Assembly: GCA_049318945.1 (NCBI GenBank)
Contig: JBMOEO010000004.1
Location: 10,904 to 74,903, forward strand
Reading direction: 5' to 3'
Length of the DNA stretch: 64,000 bases
Origin: Phototrophicaceae bacterium
Lineage (GTDB): Bacteria; Chloroflexota; Anaerolineae; Aggregatilineales; Phototrophicaceae
The stretch's first letter is position 1. The number at the start of each line of letters is the position of its first letter. Position numbers and translations under genes: made by a program. Under the pieces are notes generated by a model, which was not told where the DNA came from, ran no database searches, and was given only the letters and a program-made list of their open reading frames with translations. Shown here piece after piece: positions 54,948-63,922 of this stretch.

Positions 54948-55700
54948 TCACTCAGTTTGTTCCTGTAGGCTCTCTAGGCGTTCTTCCACTTCTAAGCGTC
55001 GGATGATTTGCTCCAGCAACGTTTCAGCTTGAACCCATCCACGCAACTCCCCAAATACTTCCGCAGTGCCCATTTCACGCAAGGCTTGCGTGGCAAGGTG
55101 ATGTGCCATCCATTCGCGCGTTTCAGTGTGGAGCGTTGGGCGTATCCCCAAGAACTCCTTGAGCGATTGTTGCGTTGCGCTCGTTAAGCCCCCCACCTCT
55201 ACATACGAAGGAATAGGTGAAACGCGCCGAATGTGAACATATTCCACCGCGCTAACTTGCTGTGAAGAAACAACAGAGGGCATGGCTTGCGTAACCACCG
55301 TACCTGATAAGCGATCACCAAACCGCCGATGTTGTGGGTCAATCATCATGCTGATGAACCCAATCCCATACGGGAACGGGAGAATATCCACCAACCGCGT
55401 CGCCGTCCGAACCACAATGTGACTCACCTGTAGGGGCTGACCATCGGCACAGATCACGCGCAACCCAACCAACCGCTTCCCAAGTGTTTGCCCATTCCAC
55501 CACCATTCTAAAACCGCACAATACACCAAGTGTGTGGCAATCAGCATTGCCCACAATATCACCACTTGTTGGTTAAGTAGTGTCTCCAGTGGGGTGACAG
55601 CAGATGCCACCAAAACAAAGCTCACGCTGGTGAGGGATAAATCCACCAACGCGGCTACCATACGACTTCCGATGCCGACAACTGGCTGTGAGGTATTCAT
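54948..55700 (-). CDS. RDD family membrane protein with C-terminal soluble extension
   Basis: 250 aa. GSRMVAALVDL...GQTLGKRLVGLRV...RRFGDRLSGT pattern with 3 TM helices. Confidence 0.7.
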   Translation of the reverse strand: MNTSQPVVGIGSRMVAALVDLSLTSVSFVLVASAVTPLETLLNQQVVILWAMLIATHLVYCAVLEWWWNGQTLGKRLVGLRVICADGQPLQVSHIVVRTATRLVDILPFPYGIGFISMMIDPQHRRFGDRLSGTVVTQAMPSVVSSQQVSAVEYVHIRRVSPIPSYVEVGGLTSATQQSLKEFLGIRPTLHTETREWMAHHLATQALREMGTAEVFGELRGWVQAETLLEQIIRRLEVEERLESLQEQTE

Positions 55701-55703
55701 GGA

Positions 55704-56915
55704 TCAATTTCCTTTGATGGTGTTTTGTTTGCCCATGAACACACGCAAGGTATACTTGGTGCTTGGCTCGTGCAGGCGTTCCGCTTCGTAAACGGTGAAG
55801 CCGGCGCGTTGTGCCAACAAGACCAAAGAGGTCATGCTGAATACGTGCAGATGGTCAATCATGATCTCCTCGCGTTCCGCGCCATAGCGCGTGGCGACTT
55901 CCCCGTCAGGCAACTCCACATAGATAAATCCGCCATCGTTCAAGAACTGCCCCGCCCGCTTGAGCATCGCCACAGGGTCGTTAACATGCTCTAAAACTTT
56001 GTTGAAGGTAATCACATCAAAGGTTTGTTCTAGCGTTGCCAGCATGAAATCCGCCGTGATGGTGGGGATGTGATGATCTTCGGTGAGATGTTGGGTGGCG
56101 CGTCGATCTGGATCAAGCGCGGTGGGTTGCCACCCATACTTGCGAATCTCATACGGGAAAACCCCCAAGCCTGAGCCAACATCTAATAGCGTCGGCGCGG
56201 TTTGATGGGGCATGAACTTTTGGGCGAAGGCAACCACACGTTGGGCGCGTCCCACATTGTCGCTCTTGGTGGGGTCTAGGTGGATGATCTTGTTAAAAGT
56301 CTTGCGGATTCCCTCAAGGTCAATATAGGTTGCATCAACATATTCACCATCATACAAAAAGCCCAAGTCAATATTGGCAACGCTGATATAGTGCCCACAC
56401 GTTTGGCAACAGTACACTTTACGATCATAGTTATCGGGATCAAGGCGATAGTGCCCTTCCAGAACATGGGGCTTGGTATAATGGAAAGTAATACTAAAGC
56501 GCGAATCGCCACAGATGGGGCAACGCTTTTGGTCTGGATCCGTCATGAAGCGATCAATCTGTTGTAACACGCTATCTTCATCTAACCATGTGATGAAGCG
56601 TTGGTCATGGTGTGACAGATAGTTAAAGAATGCTTCCTCATGCCCACGTTCCGCCATCATGATGAAGTAGGTGTGGTGATAGCTTCGCACCAATGCCGAG
56701 CGCAGGTTAAAGTTCTTGAGCCGACGGTTGAGCGAGGGCGTGGCATAGTATCCCCATGATTTACGGGCAATGTCATATTCATTCCCGTCCTGCGTGATGA
56801 GTGTAATCTGTTCGTCTGCCTCTAGCCAAAGGTGTGCCACATCTGCAATCTGCACATCTTCAACCTTATCAGGCACGGTGAACACTCGCGGGGGGATATT
56901 GTGTTGAATTTTCAT
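55704..56915 (-). CDS. SAM-dependent methyltransferase with N-terminal unknown domain and a Cys4 zinc-ribbon
   Basis: 403 aa. CPICGDS...CCQTCGH zinc ribbon. Motif I LLDVGSGLGVF. The stop is 3 nt from the RDD gene start. Confidence 0.75.
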   Translation of the reverse strand: MKIQHNIPPRVFTVPDKVEDVQIADVAHLWLEADEQITLITQDGNEYDIARKSWGYYATPSLNRRLKNFNLRSALVRSYHHTYFIMMAERGHEEAFFNYLSHHDQRFITWLDEDSVLQQIDRFMTDPDQKRCPICGDSRFSITFHYTKPHVLEGHYRLDPDNYDRKVYCCQTCGHYISVANIDLGFLYDGEYVDATYIDLEGIRKTFNKIIHLDPTKSDNVGRAQRVVAFAQKFMPHQTAPTLLDVGSGLGVFPYEIRKYGWQPTALDPDRRATQHLTEDHHIPTITADFMLATLEQTFDVITFNKVLEHVNDPVAMLKRAGQFLNDGGFIYVELPDGEVATRYGAEREEIMIDHLHVFSMTSLVLLAQRAGFTVYEAERLHEPSTKYTLRVFMGKQNTIKGN

Positions 56916-57043
56916 GCTTGGGTTTCCTGCATCCTATGAATTAACATGTCATTCTAAAATGAACCCTGACTGAACTCAACTTAGATTCATCATGGGTTTT
57001 GGTTATGGTGCTATTCATCCACAATATATAATGAGGGATTCGT

Positions 57044-57961
57044 ATGTCAGAGGCACAAGCCATTCTGTTTGGATTAGCACTGGGGGACGCGCTGGGCAAC
57101 CCAACCGAGTTCATGTCCCTACCCATCATAAAAAAGAACTACGGTGAGATGGGCATCCAACACCCCCCCACGCCCGCACTCTATACCGACGATACACAAA
57201 TGACCGTTGCCCTCACCGAAGGATTGCTTGAGGCAGGCTTAGAGGCTTCGTTGGATGCGCAAATGACCGCCGTTGGGCACCGCTTCGTGCAATGGATGCA
57301 CCACGCCCCCCATCGCGCACCTGGGCTAACTTGTTTGCGTGGGGTAGAACAGTTTGAAGATCACCCTGATTGGCGCACATCGGGCGTTCAAAACGCGCAA
57401 GGGTGTGGGAGCGCGATGCGCGTTGCCACCATCGGTTACTTGTATCAACACAACCCCATGCGCCTGCTTGAAGTTGCTGGTGCCAGCAGCGTCGTCACGC
57501 ACAACCACCCACGCACGATCGCTTCTGCCATTGCCGCGGCGGTCTTGGTCAAGCTGGCGTTGGATGGCATCCATCCCAAAGAGTATCTGCGTCAGGTGAT
57601 GGAGATCACAGAGGGCATCAGCACGGAATTTGACCAGTGTATGTATCGGGTTGGGCAAGCACATTTCGCCTCTGAAGAGCGTTGCCTCCAACACATTGGC
57701 GAAGGTTGGATTGGGGAAGAAGCGGTAGGCTTGGCGATATGGTGTGTGACGCGCTACGCCGATGATTATGTGGCGGTGGTGCGCAGGGCGGCAAACACCA
57801 ACGGGGACAGCGACAGCATCGCTTGCATTGCTGGGGGGATCAGCGCGGCACGCTTGGGCTTGGATGCCATTCCTGCGGAGTGGAGGGCGCGTTGTGAAGA
57901 TGCCGATTACTTGGTTGATCTGGCAGAACGCATGACCCGCGCCAAGGATATAATCCGCTAA
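57044..57961 (+). CDS. ADP-ribosylglycohydrolase family protein
   Basis: 305 aa. N-terminal ILFGLALGDALGNPTEF and C-terminal NGDSDSIACIAGGI motifs. Confidence 0.85.
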   Translation: MSEAQAILFGLALGDALGNPTEFMSLPIIKKNYGEMGIQHPPTPALYTDDTQMTVALTEGLLEAGLEASLDAQMTAVGHRFVQWMHHAPHRAPGLTCLRGVEQFEDHPDWRTSGVQNAQGCGSAMRVATIGYLYQHNPMRLLEVAGASSVVTHNHPRTIASAIAAAVLVKLALDGIHPKEYLRQVMEITEGISTEFDQCMYRVGQAHFASEERCLQHIGEGWIGEEAVGLAIWCVTRYADDYVAVVRRAANTNGDSDSIACIAGGISAARLGLDAIPAEWRARCEDADYLVDLAERMTRAKDIIR

Positions 57962-58045
57962 CGTTTGAAGGTTATAACGGCAATGCCACCAAAGGACACG
58001 TATGCTAAAGGTAGATGTTCCGCATAGGTGTAGGTTGGTGGTATA

Positions 58046-58621
58046 GTGTCGCGTAAGGGATGGTTCTTTCTCACTTTGCCGTTGGTGTTGATGATTGCTC
58101 TGGTGAGTTGGGTCATGCTTGATGCTTCCCCCACCGCACCGACTCCCCCAACTCCCCCCACCCGTAAGCGCAATATACGGCGCACCGTGAATGCCACCCC
58201 GTATGGGGATGTCGTCTTGCAAGAGCCAAACGGTGGCGAGATCGACCTCACCTTGAACAGCACTGTGCAGGGAAACGTCTCGCTCCATTCTGTTGGAGGA
58301 GCCGTGCAAACGGTGATTCACTCCGACATACAGGGGGATGTCCACGCACATAGCGCAGGCGGATCAGTGGCGGTCATCGTGCGTGACGGCGCACACATCA
58401 CAGGGACGATTCATGCTGACGCGCCCCAAAGCACACTACAGGTTGCCTTCACTTTGCAAAGCTGGGACGAGTTCTACAGCGTGCAAACGCTCCTTGCCCA
58501 CGCCCAACCCCAACAAGGGGAAGTGGTCATTCACGGGCACACCCTGCGCTGGAAGAACTTCAAACAGATTGATAATTGCACCCGCTTAGTATTGCCCATT
58601 GAACCTCACTTTATGAGTTAG
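58046..58621 (+). CDS. Membrane-anchored hypothetical protein with PT-rich linker and short internal repeats
   Basis: GTG start. TM helix WFFLTLPLVLMIALVSWVML, then PTAPTPPTPPT, and a repeated unit QG(N/D)V..HS.GG(A/S)V. Confidence 0.5.
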   Translation: MSRKGWFFLTLPLVLMIALVSWVMLDASPTAPTPPTPPTRKRNIRRTVNATPYGDVVLQEPNGGEIDLTLNSTVQGNVSLHSVGGAVQTVIHSDIQGDVHAHSAGGSVAVIVRDGAHITGTIHADAPQSTLQVAFTLQSWDEFYSVQTLLAHAQPQQGEVVIHGHTLRWKNFKQIDNCTRLVLPIEPHFMS

Positions 58622-58684
58622 TTTGGCTTGATCGCACAAGTAGACATTGAACGAACGGATCATTCGGGCGTATGATGATACGCC

Positions 58685-60346
58685 ATGAAACGAGTTGAAC
58701 TTTTCGCCCTACTTCTAAAAGGCATCCTGATCGGTTTCTTGCTGATGGTGGGATGCTATACCCTATGGTATGCGGTTGACTGGCGTACTGCCCCCCATCA
58801 ACGCGAAATCGCACTCGGTGCGCTTGCGCTCTTCGCGGTGTGGTTGATGACCTATCAGGCTCCGCTCCCCATCCTACAACGCTTCACGCGCTCGGTGTGG
58901 CTGGCACTGGTGATCTTGATCGCTTGTGTGCTAACGCTAACCTTGATTGTGGCAGAACGGCAAGGCGGAGGCTTTGCGTTTGCGGTGTTATCCTTCGTCA
59001 TGGGGATGATGCTGGGGGTGGCAGGGCTTATCCGCCAGCCCACGCGCGAAAGCCTCCTCAACCTGACGGTTAGTACCTTCACCATCGTGATAAGTTTAGG
59101 CTTCTTGAACGCGCTTGCCCCACGCTTAACCGCATCTGTGGTAGCAATCCGTCAACAGAAATTGATCCAATCCGCCACCCCCCCACTGGATGCCACCACC
59201 CTCACCCATTCGGCACAATCCCCCAACCTTGCCAGCGGCAGCCCCCAAGTGGAAGTTCTGGTTGAGGGGAATGGCGCATTTTGGGGGGAGCTAACTGGCT
59301 GGGGAACGCTGACCAACGCCCGATTAAGGTATCACTTAGATGGGGTATATGACAGTTTGGTGGAATACAACGCGCTCGGCTTTCGTGGAGAAACCCTTGC
59401 CTACGAAAAACCCGATGATGTCTTTCGGATTATGCTCACGGGGGACAGCTTCATTGAAGCGCGAGAAGTGGTGTATGAAGATACGCTCTATGCCCAGCTT
59501 AACCAATTGATCGCCAACGATACCCGCGCCGATGGTAAGCGTGTTGAGGTTTTTGGCGTGGGGGCAACGGGCTGGGGAACGCTTCAACGCTATCTCTATT
59601 ACATCCATGAAGGCTATCGCTTCTCCCCGGATGTGGTGATTGATCTGTTCATCATCAATGACGTGGCGGACAACAACCCTCCTGTTTTCTATCCATCACG
59701 CAACCTTGATTTTGTGGTGACGGATACCCATGTCCAACTCATCCGTGACGGGGTGGCGGTGCTAGAACCGTCCTTCGACGCGCCCAAACGCTGGTTTGCC
59801 TATCTCCCCGATTGGCTCAAGGGGAACGCGCTAGTGGGTTTCTTGCGAGAGATGCTTGCCCCAGAAGCACACCCCATCACCCTTAACGCTGACCAAACTC
59901 GCTTACATCCCCAAACCTATATCTATGTTGCCTCACCCGAAATCGAAGGCTACCCCGAAGGCTGGCGCAGAACCGCCCAAACCTATGCGCTATGGAATAC
60001 GCGATTAAAAGCAGACGGGGGGCAACTCATGGTGTTGAATGTAGACATCTCCGCCGAACGCATCACCGAGCTTTCCACCTATTTTCCGGATCAACAACAA
60101 GGGTGGGTATGGGACATCAACCTCCCTACCCAACGCCTAACCGACATCCTCACCCCACTGGGCATCCCCCTCATCAACACGCGCCAGCCCTATAAAGCGT
60201 ATGCCGACGGGCTGGGCAAACGCCCGTTTGATGCGCTTTTCTATGTTGAAGATGGGCATTGGAATCCGCAAGGGCACGCCGTTAGTGCGCAAATTGTACG
60301 CGAGGCACTCTATCAAAATGGGATACTTATCCCCCCAAACCCATGA
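58685..60346 (+). CDS. Membrane protein with AlgX/AlgJ-like SGNH-type domain (candidate polysaccharide O-acetyltransferase/esterase)
   Basis: 553 aa. 4-5 N-terminal helices. IMLTGDSFIEA (GDS block I) and C-terminal EDGHWNPQGH (D-x-H-W type motif). Confidence 0.6.
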   Translation: MKRVELFALLLKGILIGFLLMVGCYTLWYAVDWRTAPHQREIALGALALFAVWLMTYQAPLPILQRFTRSVWLALVILIACVLTLTLIVAERQGGGFAFAVLSFVMGMMLGVAGLIRQPTRESLLNLTVSTFTIVISLGFLNALAPRLTASVVAIRQQKLIQSATPPLDATTLTHSAQSPNLASGSPQVEVLVEGNGAFWGELTGWGTLTNARLRYHLDGVYDSLVEYNALGFRGETLAYEKPDDVFRIMLTGDSFIEAREVVYEDTLYAQLNQLIANDTRADGKRVEVFGVGATGWGTLQRYLYYIHEGYRFSPDVVIDLFIINDVADNNPPVFYPSRNLDFVVTDTHVQLIRDGVAVLEPSFDAPKRWFAYLPDWLKGNALVGFLREMLAPEAHPITLNADQTRLHPQTYIYVASPEIEGYPEGWRRTAQTYALWNTRLKADGGQLMVLNVDISAERITELSTYFPDQQQGWVWDINLPTQRLTDILTPLGIPLINTRQPYKAYADGLGKRPFDALFYVEDGHWNPQGHAVSAQIVREALYQNGILIPPNP

Positions 60347-60431
60347 CAGGTGTGGTCTTATCCGTGTCATGCTTTGCTAAAGGGCTTTGATACAATACCA
60401 TTTAGCTTGACACACTAAAGGATGAAACAAA

Positions 60432-61352
60432 ATGAAGTATCGCCGTTTTATCACCTATGCTTGGTTAGTGGTGATCTATACCGTCGGAGTGATTTTATGG
60501 GGGGCTGTCGTGCGTGCCACAGGGAGCGGGGCAGGGTGCGGTCGGCATTGGCCCGCTTGCAACGGAGAGATCATTCACCGCCCCGAATCAGTTGCCACGA
60601 TGATTGAACTTAGCCACCGCCTAACCAGCAGTTTAACCGGCTTCTTGATTATCATCTTGTTGGTATGGGCGTTCCGTGTTTTTCCGAAAGCCAGCTTAGT
60701 CCGCCGTAGTGCGATTTTATCCTTCGTGTTCGTGGTAGTAGAAGGGGCGTTCGGCGCGTTGTTGGTGCTGGCGGAGTTAGTGGAAGACAATGCTTCGGTA
60801 TGGCGAGCAGTTGCCGTTGGGCTACACCTCATCAACACCTTGATTCTCCTGTATTGGCTCACACTGGTGGCATGGAGTGCGTATGATCCCACGCGACGCT
60901 TCAACACTCCACAAAAGCATAGTCGCTTATTGTGGGGGGCGATGATCGCGCTGTGTGTGGTCAGCTCTGCCGGCGCGATTACTGCTTTGGGAGATACGCT
61001 CTTCCCTGTAGAATCTCTGGCACAAGGCATTGCTGCAGACTTTGACCCCACACAAAGTTTCTTGGTGCAACTACGAATATGGCATCCTGCCTTAGCGGTG
61101 TTGGCAAGTGGGTATCTAATGTGGATGGCATCTCGCATCCAAAATGAAACCCTTTCCCCGTTTGGCGAACGGCTTATCACAGGGGTTTATGGGGCGATCA
61201 CGATCCAGCTGTTGGTTGGGGTGTTGAATATTTTCCTATTGGCACCGGTTTGGATGCAGGTCATTCACCTGTTGTTAGCGGATAGTTTATGGATCATCGT
61301 GATCCTCTTGGCGTTCGAGGTAAGAAGCGGACACGCTTACTCGATCAAGTAA
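60432..61352 (+). CDS. ctaA: Heme A synthase (COX15/CtaA family)
   Basis: 306 aa. VVRATGSGAGCGRHWPACNGE N-terminal motif, 8 helices and conserved His residues in the helices. Confidence 0.85.
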   Translation: MKYRRFITYAWLVVIYTVGVILWGAVVRATGSGAGCGRHWPACNGEIIHRPESVATMIELSHRLTSSLTGFLIIILLVWAFRVFPKASLVRRSAILSFVFVVVEGAFGALLVLAELVEDNASVWRAVAVGLHLINTLILLYWLTLVAWSAYDPTRRFNTPQKHSRLLWGAMIALCVVSSAGAITALGDTLFPVESLAQGIAADFDPTQSFLVQLRIWHPALAVLASGYLMWMASRIQNETLSPFGERLITGVYGAITIQLLVGVLNIFLLAPVWMQVIHLLLADSLWIIVILLAFEVRSGHAYSIK

Positions 61353-61389
61353 CTGAAGTTGTGTTTACCAAAATTAGGAAGGATGTGCT

Positions 61390-61818
61390 ATGCCCTATAA
61401 AAGTTTCTGGATGCCAGAACATGCTATGATCTTGAGCGATGTACGGGGAACGTTCACCTTATCCGAGTTGAAAAACATGATGGAGGAGAATATCACCTAC
61501 ATGAAGCAAACAGATCACTTTGTCCATATCATCATAGATACACGAAGATTAGAGAGGATACAATTTAAGATTCATGAATTCAGCGATATGGGGCTTCCAA
61601 GCATCTTGCCCAATACAGGTTGGAATATCATCCTTAGCGATAATCCAATTTTCGTCTTCACCGCCTCTATAATTGTTCAATTGCTCAAAAATGTGCGCTT
61701 TAGAAACCTAACCACTATGGAAGCTACGGTTGATTTCATGGCATCCGTTGAACCACTTGCCCAGACACTCACCCTAGAGAAGGTCAATGCCCTTGTGGAT
61801 AGTTGGGAATCGTCTTGA
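61390..61818 (+). CDS. STAS/SpoIIAA-like small protein (paralog A)
   Basis: 142 aa, AGGAAGG RBS, 37 nt after ctaA. About 50% identical to paralog B. Confidence 0.7.
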   Translation: MPYKSFWMPEHAMILSDVRGTFTLSELKNMMEENITYMKQTDHFVHIIIDTRRLERIQFKIHEFSDMGLPSILPNTGWNIILSDNPIFVFTASIIVQLLKNVRFRNLTTMEATVDFMASVEPLAQTLTLEKVNALVDSWESS

Positions 61819-61830
61819 GGAGTTTGAATC

Positions 61831-62277
61831 ATGCCCTATAAAACACATTGGCTAGAAGAACATCATACCTTGTACATTGATCTACGCGGGGTCTATACCC
61901 TAAGTGACTTACAGAATATGCTAGATGAAAACCTAAGTTATATTGATCGTGTGCCCTATAAAGTGCATACGATTTTAGATGCACGCAAAGTTGAACGCAT
62001 TCAGTTTAGCATTCATGAAGTCAACCAAACGCGAATGCCCCCCATCCGAAACAACACAGGATGGAATCTAACGATCACTGACAATCAACTGTTCTTCTTC
62101 ATTGCCTCCACCATCACCCAACTTTTGAAGAATGCCCAATTCAAAAACAGTCTCACCCTAGAAAATGCACTAGAATTTTTAGCATCCGTTGAGCCACTTG
62201 CCCAAACGCTCACGGTAGACAAGATCAATGCCCTTGCAGATCATTGGGAAGCCGATACGCCACCCAAGAAAGACTAA
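61831..62277 (+). CDS. STAS/SpoIIAA-like small protein (paralog B)
   Basis: 148 aa, 12 nt after A. Shares MPYK start, ERIQF, NTGWN, QLLKN and SVEPLAQTLT with A. Confidence 0.7.
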   Translation: MPYKTHWLEEHHTLYIDLRGVYTLSDLQNMLDENLSYIDRVPYKVHTILDARKVERIQFSIHEVNQTRMPPIRNNTGWNLTITDNQLFFFIASTITQLLKNAQFKNSLTLENALEFLASVEPLAQTLTVDKINALADHWEADTPPKKD

Positions 62278-62289
62278 GCCGTTAAACCG

Positions 62290-62715
62290 ATGCCCATTCA
62301 AATTGTCTCCCTATCACCCTTGCCCATCATCGTCATCCGTATGGTTGATAGCATTGTTTTGCAAGACATTGCCAACATTATCCAATACAATACCGAGACC
62401 ATGCAACAATCCCCCCGTCTGATTCATGTGATCTATGATTGTCGAGAGTTGAAGAAGATAGATTTCGCCTTGCGCGACATCGGGATGTTTCGGAAAACGC
62501 CAATTGATCCTAATTCAGGATGGAGCTTGATAGTCACCGATCATCCATTCTTTGTGTTTATGGGTAGCACCATCGCCCAACTCATCTCTAATGTACGTTT
62601 TCGGGTGATCCCCTCCGCACTCCATGCTTTGACGTTCATTCAGAATATGGAGGGAGACACCCAAGACCTGACCCTAGAGATGATCGAGGGGCACTATTCT
62701 AGCTTGGGGGAGTAG
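62290..62715 (+). CDS. STAS/SpoIIAA-like small protein (paralog C)
   Basis: 141 aa, 12 nt after B. Shares PNSGW, FFVF..STIAQL and NVRFR with A and B. Confidence 0.7.
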   Translation: MPIQIVSLSPLPIIVIRMVDSIVLQDIANIIQYNTETMQQSPRLIHVIYDCRELKKIDFALRDIGMFRKTPIDPNSGWSLIVTDHPFFVFMGSTIAQLISNVRFRVIPSALHALTFIQNMEGDTQDLTLEMIEGHYSSLGE

Positions 62716-62743
62716 ATTGCTCTGCTCCCCCGTGATGGTGTTG

Positions 62744-63922
62744 TTATTCGCTTAAGGTACGCCACAACTTGCAATAGGTTTTATGTCGCGTGGGGGAAAC
62801 AGTCCCTTGTGCCACGCCCGCCAAGATGGCACAGCCCGGCTCTTGTTGATGGGTACAATCAGCAAACCGACAAGCATGATGGGGCAAATCAGGATAGAAG
62901 GTTGCCAATTCAGAGCGAGTTAATCCTGCCAGCCCAAACTCACGGATGCCGGGTGTGTCGATGACGTAGCCATTGGCAAACGGAAGCATGTTGCTTTGCG
63001 TGGTGGTGTGTCGCCCTTGTCCGCTATCATCACTCACCAAGCCGGTCTTGAGATCAAAGTCAGGTTGGATTGACCGCAATAAAGAAGACTTCCCCGCCCC
63101 ACTCAACCCCGTCAACGTGGTAATCCCGGTGTGCAAAACGGTTTCTAGCTCGCTGATTCCTTGCCCCGTCAAGGTGCTGGTATACAACACCCGAAAGCCC
63201 AAGTCGTGATAGATGCGCAACTCGGCTTCCATGCTGGCATGATCTTCTACTAGGTCAACCTTGTTCACACAGATGACGGGTTCTACCCCAGCGCGTTGGG
63301 CAACAATCAAATAGCGGTCAATCAGTTCATACCAAATGTTTGGGTTACGCCACGCCGCCACAATCAACAGGCGATCTACATTCGCCACCAAAATCTGCCG
63401 TAGGTGTGGGTTAGAAGGATCGGGGCGGGCAATGACATTATGGCGCGAAAACACCTGCTGGACAATTGCTTCCTCCCCCACCCATCCGACATCCACCCAG
63501 TCCCCCACTGCTACCACATTGCTAAAGCCCTCTTCCTTAGTGAGCAACGCGCCCCGCAAGTGGCATAACCAAACCTGCCCACGTGCTTCCACCCGACACA
63601 TCCCGCGGCTGATTTCTACCACACGCCCAGCCGATTCCGAGCGTGCGCTCGCCGATAAGTCATCTGCTTCGTCTATAGGGGGCGTTTCAGCCAGATTACG
63701 CTTGTTCTGCTCAACCATGCGTCTGCGTTCGCTTTCATCTCTGGGCATGACGCGCTCAAAACCGCCGACGTTATCATCCTGTAGCCAATCCCGTTGACGG
63801 GATTTCTTTCCGCTTTTGTTTCGCTTTAGCCCACGATTTGCTTTTTCTCGCAAGCGTTCTTCATTCTTCAACTCTATTGGGTTTGTATTCCCTCTTTTAC
63901 TTGCCACTGCGTTTCGCTCCAA
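62744..63922 (-). CDS. rsgA: Ribosome small-subunit-dependent GTPase A with basic N-terminal extension
   Basis: OB-fold region, circularly permuted GTPase (NKVDL ... GLSGAGKSSLL) and C-terminal zinc knuckle CRFADCTHQQEPGC. The start is uncertain: TTG 63922 or ATG 63748. Confidence 0.85.
   Translation of the reverse strand: MERNAVASKRGNTNPIELKNEERLREKANRGLKRNKSGKKSRQRDWLQDDNVGGFERVMPRDESERRRMVEQNKRNLAETPPIDEADDLSASARSESAGRVVEISRGMCRVEARGQVWLCHLRGALLTKEEGFSNVVAVGDWVDVGWVGEEAIVQQVFSRHNVIARPDPSNPHLRQILVANVDRLLIVAAWRNPNIWYELIDRYLIVAQRAGVEPVICVNKVDLVEDHASMEAELRIYHDLGFRVLYTSTLTGQGISELETVLHTGITTLTGLSGAGKSSLLRSIQPDFDLKTGLVSDDSGQGRHTTTQSNMLPFANGYVIDTPGIREFGLAGLTRSELATFYPDLPHHACRFADCTHQQEPGCAILAGVAQGTVSPTRHKTYCKLWRTLSE

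Noticed and set aside
57326-58351. 341-aa minus-strand ORF, the longest unexplained ORF in the track
   Set aside because: It is antisense to the well-supported ADP-ribosylglycohydrolase gene and runs across the next plus-strand gene. Its translation is low-complexity (R/H/G/P-rich) with no motif. This is typical of a shadow ORF opposite a GC-biased coding frame.
60575-61180. 201-aa minus-strand ORF
   Set aside because: It is antisense to ctaA, which has clear family motifs and helices. The ORF itself has no motif. Shadow ORF.
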